Assembly (NCBI GenBank): GCA_947594845.1
Contig: CANQEI010000001.1
Coordinates: forward strand, 39,715 to 103,714
Length of the DNA: 64,000 nt
From: an uncultured Clostridia bacterium
GTDB lineage: Bacteria; Bacillota; Clostridia; TANB77; CAG-508
Reading direction: 5' to 3'
A program made the translations under genes and the position numbers. Positions 48,786-58,533 of the stretch are shown here, in pieces; the stretch's first letter is position 1; each line of letters begins with the position of its first letter. A model generated the notes under the pieces. It saw only the letters and a program-made list of their open reading frames with translations, did not search any database and was not told the DNA's origin.

Positions 48786-50540
48786 ATGTATAGAACATAT
48801 ACATGTAATGAAATCAGAGAAAAAAATGTTGGAGAACACATTAAGTTAGCTGGATGGGTTCAAACAATTAGAGACTTGGGTGGAGTATTATTCGTAGATT
48901 TAAGAGATCAATATGGAATAACACAGGTTGTTGCATCTGGAAATACTGAATTAGTAGATACGATTTCAAGAATTCCGATTGAATCAACTATTTCTGTTGA
49001 GGGAACAGTAAGATTAAGAGATGAAGAAACAATAAATGAAAAGTTAGACACAGGTTTAGTAGAATTATTTGTTGAAAAAGTTGAAATATTGGGAAAAAGA
49101 ACAAAATCTTTACCTTTTGAAATTGAGAATAGCAGAGATGTCCGTGAAGATTTAAGATTGCAATACAGATTTTTAGATTTGAGAAATGAAAAATTAAAGA
49201 ATAATTTAATCTTGCGCTCAAAAGTTATTCAGTTTATGAGAGAGCAGATGATAAAGAAAGATTTCTTAGAGGTGCAAACTCCAATTCTTACAAGTTCTTC
49301 ACCAGAAGGTGCTAGAGACTATTTAGTACCAAGTAGAATTTATCCAGGAAAGTTTTATGCACTTCCACAAGCTCCTCAACAATTTAAGCAATTATTAATG
49401 GTTTCAGGAATAGATAAATATTTTCAAATAGCTCCTTGCTTTAGAGATGAGGATGCAAGAGCAGATAGAACACCAGGTGAATTTTATCAGTTAGATATGG
49501 AAATGGCATTTGCAACACAAGAAGATGTTTTATCAATAATGGAAGAAGTAATATACAATGTTTTTAAAGAATTTTCAGATAAAAAGATTTCTGAATATCC
49601 ATTTCCAAGAATTGCTTACAGAGAATCAATGTTAAAATATGGAACAGATAAACCTGATTTAAGAAACCCATTAGTAATTTGTGATGTTACTGATATTTTT
49701 GAAAAAGTTGATTTAAAAGTATTTAATGGAAAACAAGTAAGAATTATTTCTGTACCAGATGGTGGAAGCCAACCTAGAACTTTATTTGAAGGTATGACAG
49801 ATTTTGCAATTAATGAATGCAAAGCTAAAGGTTTAGCATGGCTTAAAGTAAATGATGATAGAACACTACAAGGACCAATTGCAAAATTTATTGATGACGA
49901 TGCTAGAGAAGCTATGCTTAAGAAAGCAGGAACAAAGGCTGGAGATGCAATTTTCTTTGTTGCAGAACATGAGCCAGTGGTTTCTAAACTTGCAGGTCAA
50001 ATAAGGGAAGAACTTGGAAAAAGAATGGGATTAATTGATGATTCTACTTATAAGTTCTGTTGGATTGTTGATTTTCCAATGTTCGAAAGAGCAGATAATG
50101 GAAAAATTGAATTTTCACACAATCCATTCTCAATGCCACAAGGTGGAATGGAAGCATTAGAAACTAAAGAACCTTTAGATGTTCTTGCATATCAATATGA
50201 TATTGTCGGAAATGGTATTGAACTTGCTTCAGGTGCGGTTAGAAATCATTCTCCAGAGATAATGATAAAAGCTTTTGAAATAGCTGGTTATAAAGAAGAT
50301 GAAATCTTGAAAAAGTTTTCTGCTTTGTATAATGCTTTCCATTATGGTGCACCACCACATGCTGGAATAGCACCAGGAATTGATAGAATTATAATGCTTC
50401 TTGCTGAAGAAGAAACTATTAGGGAGGTTCAAGCATTTCCAATGAATGCTAAGGCTCAAGATGTACTTATGGGAGCACCTTCAAATGTTTCACAAAGACA
50501 ATTAGATGAAATTCATATAAAAATAAATGATAGAAAATAG
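48786..50540 (+). CDS. aspS: Aspartyl-tRNA synthetase
   Basis: Class II motifs ('FRDEDARADRTPEFYQLD', 'GGxxIExxxGAVR'); 584 aa. Confidence 0.95.
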   Translation: MYRTYTCNEIREKNVGEHIKLAGWVQTIRDLGGVLFVDLRDQYGITQVVASGNTELVDTISRIPIESTISVEGTVRLRDEETINEKLDTGLVELFVEKVEILGKRTKSLPFEIENSRDVREDLRLQYRFLDLRNEKLKNNLILRSKVIQFMREQMIKKDFLEVQTPILTSSSPEGARDYLVPSRIYPGKFYALPQAPQQFKQLLMVSGIDKYFQIAPCFRDEDARADRTPGEFYQLDMEMAFATQEDVLSIMEEVIYNVFKEFSDKKISEYPFPRIAYRESMLKYGTDKPDLRNPLVICDVTDIFEKVDLKVFNGKQVRIISVPDGGSQPRTLFEGMTDFAINECKAKGLAWLKVNDDRTLQGPIAKFIDDDAREAMLKKAGTKAGDAIFFVAEHEPVVSKLAGQIREELGKRMGLIDDSTYKFCWIVDFPMFERADNGKIEFSHNPFSMPQGGMEALETKEPLDVLAYQYDIVGNGIELASGAVRNHSPEIMIKAFEIAGYKEDEILKKFSALYNAFHYGAPPHAGIAPGIDRIIMLLAEEETIREVQAFPMNAKAQDVLMGAPSNVSQRQLDEIHIKINDRK

Positions 50541-50582
50541 AATAATTTTGTGCTTGCTTCATATTAATTATGAAGGGGCTTT

Positions 50583-51503
50583 ATGAATAGAGATATTATT
50601 TATATTGACTGCTTAAATTCGTATTTAGATATTTTAAAAATAGATAAATTTAAGTTTTTAAAGAAAATTATTTATAAAATTTGTAATTGGTTAGGTATTG
50701 TAATATCAACTGAAAATTATTTTAAATTGGTTTGTTTAGAGAAAGATAAAATAAATTCAAGAATGATTAATAATTTATTTTTAAAAATAAGAACAATATC
50801 TTCAAAAAATATTGTTCTTGCAGATCAATTATTACAAAATAAAGAATTCGTAAAAATATTAGAAAGTAAAAATTACAATATATTAAATGGCACATGGTTA
50901 TATAAGTTCCTAACTTATAATATTGTTGAAAAGATTGCATATATACAAAATACTAAAATAGAAAATATGGAAATTACAGTTTTAACAAATGAGGATTCAG
51001 ATATTAATATTGAAAACATAAAATTATTGGCATTAAAATGTAAAGTTTTGAATATACTTACTGATGAAAGTAAGAAATTTGAAATTTTAGAAAAATTTTT
51101 ATTTGATGAATATGGGATTATAATAAATGTGTCAACTAATAAAAGAAAGACAGCTTTACATTCAAATGTTATTCTGAATTTTGATTTTTCCATTGATAAA
51201 ATTAAACAATGTGATTTTAGGAAGAAAACTGTAGTTGTTCAGTTTACTAAAGAAAATTATGAAAATGCAAATGGGGTAGTAATTGTTTTTTATAAAATAA
51301 AATTGCCGACCAAGTATTCAAAATTATTAGTTGGTTATAATAATTTTTCAGAAGAAACTATGTATGAAAGTTTTTTATATCATAAATTATCATTTAAAAA
51401 TTTAAGAAAAATACTATATGAAGATAATATTCAAATTAAATATTTTATAGGTAATAGCGGAAAAATACAATTTACGGAGATAAAAGAAAATTTGTATAAA
51501 TAA
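50583..51503 (+). CDS. Hypothetical protein (306 aa), very AT-rich
   Basis: ORF only; no motifs recognised. Confidence 0.45.
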   Translation: MNRDIIYIDCLNSYLDILKIDKFKFLKKIIYKICNWLGIVISTENYFKLVCLEKDKINSRMINNLFLKIRTISSKNIVLADQLLQNKEFVKILESKNYNILNGTWLYKFLTYNIVEKIAYIQNTKIENMEITVLTNEDSDINIENIKLLALKCKVLNILTDESKKFEILEKFLFDEYGIIINVSTNKRKTALHSNVILNFDFSIDKIKQCDFRKKTVVVQFTKENYENANGVVIVFYKIKLPTKYSKLLVGYNNFSEETMYESFLYHKLSFKNLRKILYEDNIQIKYFIGNSGKIQFTEIKENLYK

Positions 51504-51646
51504 AATTAAGGGCAATACTTGACAAAATTGTTTTAGAGGACTATTATATATGCGTTACTAAAAACAAAAATAGTATTATTCAAATTTGTTTTAGAATCTG
51601 TAAAAATATAAAAATATTTTGACTTTAGAAAGGGATGATGATTATT

Positions 51647-52126
51647 ATGGAGGAGAATAGGGAAATACTATTAACACAAGAAGGTTACGATAACCTAGAA
51701 AAGGAATTAGAATATTTAAAAACAGAGAAAAGAACAGAAATTGCAGAAAGAATTAAAGTAGCATTAGGTTTTGGAGATTTATCAGAAAATTCTGAATATG
51801 ATGAAGCAAAAGGCGCACAAGCTGCTAATGAGAATAAGATTGCAGAATTGGAAAATAAAATTAGATATGCTAGAATCATTGATGAATCAGAAATAGATAC
51901 TAAAACCGTACAAGTTGGAAATATTGTTACTGTTCATGATGAAGAGTTTGATGAGGATGTAGTATATACAATTGTTGGATCAACAGAGGTTGATTTAGCT
52001 CAAAATAGAATTTCTAATGAGTCACCAATGGGGATTGCTTTATTGGGAGCAAAAAAGGGTGAGACGGTTGAAGTTGAGGCTCCAGATGGGGTTATGAAAT
52101 TTAAAATTTTATCAATTAAAAAATAA
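51647..52126 (+). CDS. greA: Transcription elongation factor GreA
   Basis: 'LTQEGYDNLEKELEYLK...GDLSENSEYDEAK' aligns with the GreA N-terminus when the start is placed at 51647. Confidence 0.9.
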   Translation: MEENREILLTQEGYDNLEKELEYLKTEKRTEIAERIKVALGFGDLSENSEYDEAKGAQAANENKIAELENKIRYARIIDESEIDTKTVQVGNIVTVHDEEFDEDVVYTIVGSTEVDLAQNRISNESPMGIALLGAKKGETVEVEAPDGVMKFKILSIKK

Positions 52127-52132
52127 TGAAGA

Positions 52133-52166
52133 AGAGTCCAAATATTAGTTATTTGGATTCTTTTTT
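52133..52166 (+). terminator. greA terminator
   Basis: 'gagtccaaata...tatttggattc' followed by a T-run. Confidence 0.7.
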
Positions 52167-52196
52167 AGTATATTTATATAATAATAGTAACACAGA

Positions 52197-52420
52197 GTAA
52201 AGATATTTTTTTTCTTCCTTGTGGGTCGCAACTCTCAAATAATTAAAATTTAATTTGAAGAGTTGCTCGCAATCGCACTTCACGTTGTTTCGTTTGCTCG
52301 CTTCGCGTCAGATAAAAAATATCTTTACTTTGTGTTGTATTTTATAATTCGTACAAATAAAGATATTTTTTTCTTCCTTGTGGGTCGTAATTCTTGAATA
52401 ATTAAAATTTAAAGAGTTAC
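52197..52420. repeat. Structured repeat element: 15-bp perfect terminal inverted repeats (gtaaagatatttttt / aaaaaatatctttac) flanking ~100-bp core with internal hairpin, plus second partial direct copy
   Basis: Copy 1 at 52197-52328 is bounded by the inverted repeats and contains the hairpin gcaactct...agagttgc. Copy 2 at 52367-52420 repeats 'aaagatatttttttcttccttgtgggtcg[c/t]aa[c/t]tct..aataattaaaattta'. Confidence 0.5.
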
Positions 52421-52541
52421 AAATGTTACTAAAGCTAGTTAAATCAACATTTTTGACGCTTGTAAAAAAGTATTGAAAGCTAAAATTTTTTGTGATAGAA
52501 TAACGTCGGTCGAATAAATTACAATAATATAGGAGGTAATT

Positions 52542-53234
52542 ATGATTTATACACAAGAACTAGAAAATATGTGCAAAGTTGCAAAAGGAGTTGATCATGG
52601 ACCAGCACCAATACCAGAAGAAGGAAAATGGGTAAAAGCAAAAGATATAAAAGATATTTCAGGATTCACTCATGGTATTGGATGGTGTGCTCCACAACAA
52701 GGTGCTTGTAAATTAACTCTAAATGTAAAAGATGGAGTAATTCAAGAAGCACTAGTTGAAACAATTGGATGTTCTGGAATGACACATTCAGCAGCTATGG
52801 CTGGGGAAATTTTAGTTGGAAAGACAATATTAGAGGCATTAAATACAGACTTAGTTTGTGATGCTATTAATACAGCAATGAGAGAATTATTTTTACAAAT
52901 TGTATATGGTAGATCTCAATCTGCATTTTCAGAAGGTGGCTTAGCAGTTGGAGCAGGGCTTGAAGATTTAGGTAAAGGTCATACAAGTCAAGTTGGAACA
53001 ATATATTCTAGTTTGGAAAAAGGACCAAGATACTTAAATTTAGCAGAAGGATATATTGTTGAAATTGGACTAGATAAAGATGATCAAATTATTGGTTACA
53101 AATATGTTCATATGGGAAAAATGATGGATTCAATCAAAAAAGGTGTAGACCCAATGGAAGCAATTGAAAAAGCTTCTGGAACATATGGAAGATTTGATGA
53201 GGCAGTTAAAAAGATTGATCCTCGTAAACAATAA
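52542..53234 (+). CDS. IscU/NifU-like Fe-S scaffold domain fused to C-terminal domain of unknown function
   Basis: Three IscU-like Cys boxes: 'CAPQQGACKLTL', 'ETIGCSGMTHSAAMAGE' and 'LVCDAINTA'. An extra ~100 aa follow at the C-terminus. RBS 'aggagg'. Confidence 0.65.
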   Translation: MIYTQELENMCKVAKGVDHGPAPIPEEGKWVKAKDIKDISGFTHGIGWCAPQQGACKLTLNVKDGVIQEALVETIGCSGMTHSAAMAGEILVGKTILEALNTDLVCDAINTAMRELFLQIVYGRSQSAFSEGGLAVGAGLEDLGKGHTSQVGTIYSSLEKGPRYLNLAEGYIVEIGLDKDDQIIGYKYVHMGKMMDSIKKGVDPMEAIEKASGTYGRFDEAVKKIDPRKQ

Positions 53235-53278
53235 TTAATGTTATAAAGAGATAATATATAAAAAGGAGAGAATGATAT

Positions 53279-54280
53279 ATGGCAGTAACATTTGAAAGTT
53301 ATGAAAGAAGAATTGCTCAAATAAAACCCGTAATGGAAAAATACGGAATAAAAGATTTTGATGATGCTTTAGAGATTTGCAAAGAAAAAGGTTTTAATCC
53401 TTATGATATGGTAAAAGGTGTTCAACCAATTTGTTTTGAAAATGCATGTTGGGCATATACTTTAGGTGCAGCAATAGCAGTTAAAAAAGAATGTAAAAAG
53501 GCTGCAGATGCGGCAAAAGCTATAGGTGAAGGTTTACAAGCTTTTTGTATTCCTGGATCAGTTGCTGATGATAGAAAAGTTGGATTAGGACATGGAAATT
53601 TAGCTTCAATGCTTTTATCAGAAGAAACTAAATGTTTTGCGTTCTTAGCAGGACATGAGTCTTTTGCAGCAGCAGAAGGAGCTATAGGAATTGCAAAATC
53701 AGCTAATAAAGTTAGAAAAGAACCATTAAGAGTTATATTAAATGGTTTAGGAAAAGATGCAGCACAAGTAATTTCAAGAATTAATGGATTTACATATGTA
53801 AAAACAGATTTTGATTTCTTCACAGGAAAAGTAAAAGTTGTTGAAGAAATTCCATATTCAGATGGAGAAAGATCAAAAGTTAGATGCTATGGTGCAAATG
53901 ATGTTAGAGAAGGTGTTGCAATAATGTGGATGGAAGATGTTGATGTTTCTATTACTGGAAATTCAACTAACCCTACAAGATTCCAACATCCAGTTGCAGG
54001 AACATATAAGAAAGAAAGAATTGAAGCAGGAAAGAAATACTTCTCTGTTGCTTCTGGTGGAGGAACAGGAAGAACATTACATCCAGATAATATGGCTGCT
54101 GGACCAGCTTCATATGGTATGACAGATACAATGGGAAGAATGCATTCAGATGCACAATTTGCAGGATCTTCATCAGTACCAGCTCATGTTGAAATGATGG
54201 GATTAATCGGTATGGGAAATAACCCAATGGTTGGTGCTACTGTTGCAGTTGCTGTTGCTGTAGAAGAAGCTATGAAATAA
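53279..54280 (+). CDS. GGGtGRT-family protein (uncharacterised)
   Basis: Literal 'SGGGTGRTLHP' motif, after which the Pfam GGGtGRT family is named. 333 aa, matching the family's typical length. Confidence 0.7.
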   Translation: MAVTFESYERRIAQIKPVMEKYGIKDFDDALEICKEKGFNPYDMVKGVQPICFENACWAYTLGAAIAVKKECKKAADAAKAIGEGLQAFCIPGSVADDRKVGLGHGNLASMLLSEETKCFAFLAGHESFAAAEGAIGIAKSANKVRKEPLRVILNGLGKDAAQVISRINGFTYVKTDFDFFTGKVKVVEEIPYSDGERSKVRCYGANDVREGVAIMWMEDVDVSITGNSTNPTRFQHPVAGTYKKERIEAGKKYFSVASGGGTGRTLHPDNMAAGPASYGMTDTMGRMHSDAQFAGSSSVPAHVEMMGLIGMGNNPMVGATVAVAVAVEEAMK

Positions 54281-54298
54281 AATAAATTATATATAAGT

Positions 54299-54351
54299 AA
54301 AATGAACCTAATTTGCTGAATAAAAGTTTAGCAATGAGGGTTCATTTTTTT
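54299..54351 (+). terminator. Putative terminator (long-loop hairpin + T-run)
   Basis: 'aatgaacc...ggttcatt' followed by 'ttttt'. Confidence 0.4.
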
Positions 54352-54477
54352 ATAGAAACCTAACATTTCTTAACTGGTTTAGAGGAAGATATTATAAATA
54401 TATAATGTTTACATAATTGACAAAAAGAATATAAAATATTATACTATAAAGTGATTAACTCTATAGGGGGTGAAAAG

Positions 54478-54939
54478 ATGGACAGAGCTGAGTATTTTCG
54501 GTATCACTCACAATTAATGAGCACTGGCTCAGTAGACTTTCCCAAAAGAGAAAAGCTTATTGACTTTGTTGCAGAAATGATTGCGGATGATTACGCTAGT
54601 TACTGCACATTTAGCGAAATGGCAGCCGTTACTCCAGCAGATAGAGAAGTATGGTCTAGACGTAAAGAAGCTGAGCGCTATCTCGTAAGACTGTATGCTA
54701 CTCAATATTTGCAGAAACGTGTTGCTTCTCTTGATAACATAGTGTATATAGCATCGGTGAAACTGTGGAAGAAGATTCCTAAAAGCTTTATTTGGAACTT
54801 TGATGCAGAAAATGAAAACGAAATATATGCCTATGTATTGGGAAAGCTTGGTCAGAGTGATAAGCCTGAAGACGTTTTTGTTACAAAGATACGGTACACT
54901 GTTGAAGGTCATCTTGTATTCAAGAGAAAAAGCATCTGA
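54478..54939 (+). CDS. Hypothetical protein on a higher-GC (~40%) islet
   Basis: ATG 5 nt downstream of GGGGGTG. Composition is clearly GC-richer than the flanks. No motifs recognised. Confidence 0.5.
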   Translation: MDRAEYFRYHSQLMSTGSVDFPKREKLIDFVAEMIADDYASYCTFSEMAAVTPADREVWSRRKEAERYLVRLYATQYLQKRVASLDNIVYIASVKLWKKIPKSFIWNFDAENENEIYAYVLGKLGQSDKPEDVFVTKIRYTVEGHLVFKRKSI

Positions 54940-54958
54940 TGGAAGTTTTGTCCAAAGG

Positions 54959-54995
54959 AGAAGCACGCTATTTCTAGCGTGCTTTTCCTTTTTTT
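54959..54995 (+). terminator. Rho-independent terminator
   Basis: 'gaagcacgcta tttc tagcgtgcttt' followed by a T-run. Confidence 0.7.
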
Positions 54996-55070
54996 TAATA
55001 ATATTAATTAATGTTGCGAATATTAATATTTTGGAATATAATAACTATGATTTATTTATAAGGAGGAAAT

Positions 55071-57656
55071 ATGTTACAGTTAAAAGATATAACTAAAAAT
55101 TATTTATCTGGCGAAATGACGGTGAAAGCACTAAAAGGAATCAGTATAGAATTTAGAAAAAGTGAATTTGTTTCTATTCTTGGTCCTAGTGGATGTGGAA
55201 AAACAACGTTATTAAATATAATTGGTGGCTTAGATAGATATACATCAGGTGATTTAATAATAAATGGTAAGTCAACCAAAATGTTTAAAGATAAAGACTG
55301 GGATGCTTATAGAAATTATTCTGTTGGGTTTGTTTTTCAAAATTATAATTTAATTCCTCATCAAACAGTTTTGTCAAATGTTGAACTTGCTCTTACTTTA
55401 TCAGGTGTTAGCAAAAAGGAGAGAAGAAAGAGATCTATAAAGGTTCTTGAAGAGGTAGGCTTAAAAGATCAAATACATAAAAAGCCAAATCAACTATCTG
55501 GAGGACAAATGCAAAGGGTCGCTATTGCAAGAGCTCTAGTTAACGATCCAGATATTATTTTAGCAGATGAACCAACAGGAGCATTAGATACAGAAACTAG
55601 TGTTCAAATTATGGATATTTTGAAAAAAATATCAAAAGATAAATTAATTGTAATGGTTACACACAATCCTGAATTAGCTGAAAAATATTCTTCAAGATTA
55701 ATTAAGGCTTTAGATGGAAAAATTATTAGTGATTCAAATCCATTTACAGAAGAAGATAGAAAAAATGAAAAGGGATTGAAAGCAAAAACTGGTAAAACTT
55801 CAATGAATTTCTTCACAGCATTATCATTGAGTTTAAATAATTTAATGACTAAAAAAGGAAGAACTTTTTTAACTGCATTTGCTGGCAGTATTGGTATTAT
55901 AGGTATTGCATTAATTTTATCTTTATCAAATGGTGTTCAGAAATATATTGATAAAGTTCAGGAAGATACGCTTTCAACATATCCACTTACTATTCAAAAG
56001 GAAAGTATTGATGCAACATCTATGATGGAAGTTTTTATGGATCAACAAGGAGAGGAATATAATGATGATAAGATCCACTCAAGGCAAATTATAGGAGAAG
56101 TTTTTGATAAGATTTCAAAAGAAGTTCAAAGAAATAATTTGGAAGAATTTAAAAAGTACATTGACGATACAGATAATGATATAAAAAAATATTCAAATGC
56201 TATTCAATATAAATATGATTTAACATTGAATGTTTATAAGCCAGATACCGAAAATGGTGTTGTACAGGTAAATCCGTCAACAACTTTTCAAAAGTTGGGA
56301 ATGATGGAAAGCTCTGAGGATTCTGCATATGTAATGGGACAGTCAATGGATATTTGGCAGGAAATGCTTGATAACCAAGAATTACTAGAATCTCAATATG
56401 ATGTAGTTTCTGGAACTTGGCCAAAGGAATATAATGAAGTAGTTCTTGTAGTAAATCAGAATAACGAAATAAGCGATTATACTTTGTATTCTTTAGGAAT
56501 AAAAGATCAAGCAGAGATTACAGAAAAGATGCACAAAGTAATGGCAGGAGAGACTTTAGATGATTTGCAAGATGAAACATATTCATATGAAGACCTTTTA
56601 GGATTAACATATAAAGTAGTTTTAAATACAGATTATTATGAAAAACAAGGCGATGTATGGGCAAGTAGAAAAAATGATGAAGCATATATGAAGCAAAAAA
56701 TTTCTGAAGCTCAAGAAGTAAAAATTGTTGGTATTATAAAACCAAAGAAGGAAGCTGCGGCTACTTCAATGGGAGATATGGGAATAATAGGTTATAGAAA
56801 AGATCTTACTGAATATATTATAAATAAGATAAATGAGACAGATATAGCTAAAGAACAATTAGCTAATCCAGAAATAAATGTATTTACTGGCAAAAAATTT
56901 GAGGATGCAAATTTGAATGCTAGTGCAGGTTTTGATTATTCAAAATTATCACCTGAACAACAAAAATATATGTCTACTTTAAGTCAAGAAGAACTTGCAG
57001 GTGTAATTGCATCATATACAGAAATGGCTGATGCAACATATGACGAAAATATTGCTACTCTTGGAGTTTGTGATTTACAGTCTCCATCTGCAATTAATAT
57101 TTATCCAATTGACTTCGAAAGTAAGGATAAAATTACTGAAGATATAGAAAGATATAATCAATCAAAAAGAGATGAAGGAAAAGAAGAAGATGTAATACAA
57201 TATACAGATATGGTTGCAACTATGATGACATCTGTTACTGTAATAGTAAATATGATTAGCTATGTACTTATTGCATTTGTTGCAATTTCATTAATTGTTT
57301 CTTCAATAATGATTGGAATAATAACATATATTTCTGTACTTGAAAGAATAAAAGAAATAGGTGTATTACGTAGTATAGGTGCATCTAAGAAAGATATATC
57401 AAGAGTATTTAATGCAGAAACATTTATTATCGGATTTGTAGCAGGTCTTATAGGAATTGGAGTTACAGTATTATTAACAATACCAATTAATATAATTATA
57501 AAAGCTGTAGCTGATGTTTCTAATTTAGCAAAATTACCATTCTTAGGTGGAATTATATTAATAATTATTAGTATGATTTTGACTATGATTGCTGGATTAA
57601 TACCTGCAAAAGTTGCAAGTAATAAAGATCCTGTTGAAGCTTTAAGAACAGAATAG
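55071..57656 (+). CDS. MacB-type ABC transporter, fused ATPase-permease (FtsX-like domain with large extracytoplasmic loop)
   Basis: Walker A 'GPSGCGKTT', signature '[15 protein letters not shown]', and a C-terminal four-TM FtsX-like permease. Confidence 0.85.
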   Translation: MLQLKDITKNYLSGEMTVKALKGISIEFRKSEFVSILGPSGCGKTTLLNIIGGLDRYTSGDLIINGKSTKMFKDKDWDAYRNYSVGFVFQNYNLIPHQTVLSNVELALTLSGVSKKERRKRSIKVLEEVGLKDQIHKKPNQLSGGQMQRVAIARALVNDPDIILADEPTGALDTETSVQIMDILKKISKDKLIVMVTHNPELAEKYSSRLIKALDGKIISDSNPFTEEDRKNEKGLKAKTGKTSMNFFTALSLSLNNLMTKKGRTFLTAFAGSIGIIGIALILSLSNGVQKYIDKVQEDTLSTYPLTIQKESIDATSMMEVFMDQQGEEYNDDKIHSRQIIGEVFDKISKEVQRNNLEEFKKYIDDTDNDIKKYSNAIQYKYDLTLNVYKPDTENGVVQVNPSTTFQKLGMMESSEDSAYVMGQSMDIWQEMLDNQELLESQYDVVSGTWPKEYNEVVLVVNQNNEISDYTLYSLGIKDQAEITEKMHKVMAGETLDDLQDETYSYEDLLGLTYKVVLNTDYYEKQGDVWASRKNDEAYMKQKISEAQEVKIVGIIKPKKEAAATSMGDMGIIGYRKDLTEYIINKINETDIAKEQLANPEINVFTGKKFEDANLNASAGFDYSKLSPEQQKYMSTLSQEELAGVIASYTEMADATYDENIATLGVCDLQSPSAINIYPIDFESKDKITEDIERYNQSKRDEGKEEDVIQYTDMVATMMTSVTVIVNMISYVLIAFVAISLIVSSIMIGIITYISVLERIKEIGVLRSIGASKKDISRVFNAETFIIGFVAGLIGIGVTVLLTIPINIIIKAVADVSNLAKLPFLGGIILIIISMILTMIAGLIPAKVASNKDPVEALRTE

Positions 57657-57686
57657 TTGTAAAATATAAATGATGATAAATAGAAA

Positions 57687-57716
57687 GAGTTCAAATTTTT
57701 AATTTGAACTCTTTTT
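57687..57716 (+). terminator. Rho-independent terminator
   Basis: 'agagttcaaatttttaatttgaactctttttt'. Confidence 0.7.
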
Positions 57717-57728
57717 TGATATAAGAAA

Positions 57729-57827
57729 ATTAGAAGTATTAATTCTGCAAGCTCATAGTTTTGAGAGTGTAAGGCTGATTGAAAAATAATAAACCTATGT
57801 AATGAACTTGCAGAATTAATACTTCTA
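57729..57827. repeat. 22-bp perfect inverted repeat separated by ~55 bp
   Basis: 'ttagaagtattaattctgcaag' (57729-57750) is the reverse complement of 'cttgcagaattaatacttctaa' (57806-57827). The right arm overlaps the stop of the minus-strand gene. Confidence 0.55.
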
Positions 57828-58457
57828 ATAGGTTTCAGAAAAAACTTTAAGTATAGAATTTATATTAATATTGGAAGGTGTACCATAAACATTTTTTCTA
57901 AAGTTTTCACTTGTATATTTACACATTTCATCAATAGATGTATGAATGTTCCAATGAATTGTTTGAATATTTGTATTATGCTTTTCAGCTATTGCATTTA
58001 ATATATTTTCATAAGAAGGTTTAGAACTAGGATATGTGCGTAAATATATAATATAATCTAATAAGTATTGAGTTCCGCATAAACTAAAATTAAAGCCTAA
58101 ATTTTGTAATTTATTGTAAATTTCTTTTCTGAAGTTAGATATATTTAATTTATGACTATAAGTTGAATCTTGAATAAACTTTTTTATTGTGTTACAAATT
58201 TTTTTAGTAGTTAAATCATTAGTTTGTGATATATTTATTTTAAGATAATCAAAAGTAAGCCAATTTTGCAAAAAAACATGAAAATCATTAGTTGCAATAA
58301 TAATATTAGGTTTAGTTTCATTACAATAATTTAAACATTGTTCTGAGAGTTTATTGGAAAATCCAGTAAGCTTAATGCCGGGATTTGAACTGATAACAGA
58401 ATTAGTTAGTTTTAATAAATACTCTGAATTATTACAACATATAAAACAAGTAATCAT
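57825..58457 (-). CDS. Spo0A-like regulator: degenerate (aspartate-less) receiver-like N-terminus + Spo0A_C-like DNA-binding domain
   Basis: The C-terminal half ('LQNLGF...GTQYLLDYIIYL...ILNAIAEKHNTNIQTIHWNIHTSIDEMC') parallels Spo0A C-terminal blocks (HEIGVP..GY.YLREAI...PDIAKKFNTT..RVERAIRHAIEVAW). The N-terminus 'ITCFICCNNSEY...IIIATNDFH' parallels the REC domain but lacks the acidic pocket and the phospho-acceptor Asp. Confidence 0.55.
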   Translation of the reverse strand: MITCFICCNNSEYLLKLTNSVISSNPGIKLTGFSNKLSEQCLNYCNETKPNIIIATNDFHVFLQNWLTFDYLKINISQTNDLTTKKICNTIKKFIQDSTYSHKLNISNFRKEIYNKLQNLGFNFSLCGTQYLLDYIIYLRTYPSSKPSYENILNAIAEKHNTNIQTIHWNIHTSIDEMCKYTSENFRKNVYGTPSNININSILKVFSETY

Positions 58458-58533
58458 AAAAATTCCTCTATAATATATTACAATTTACTTAACAAAAAGT
58501 TGCATAAAAATAAAAAAAATTGGAGATTTTAAA

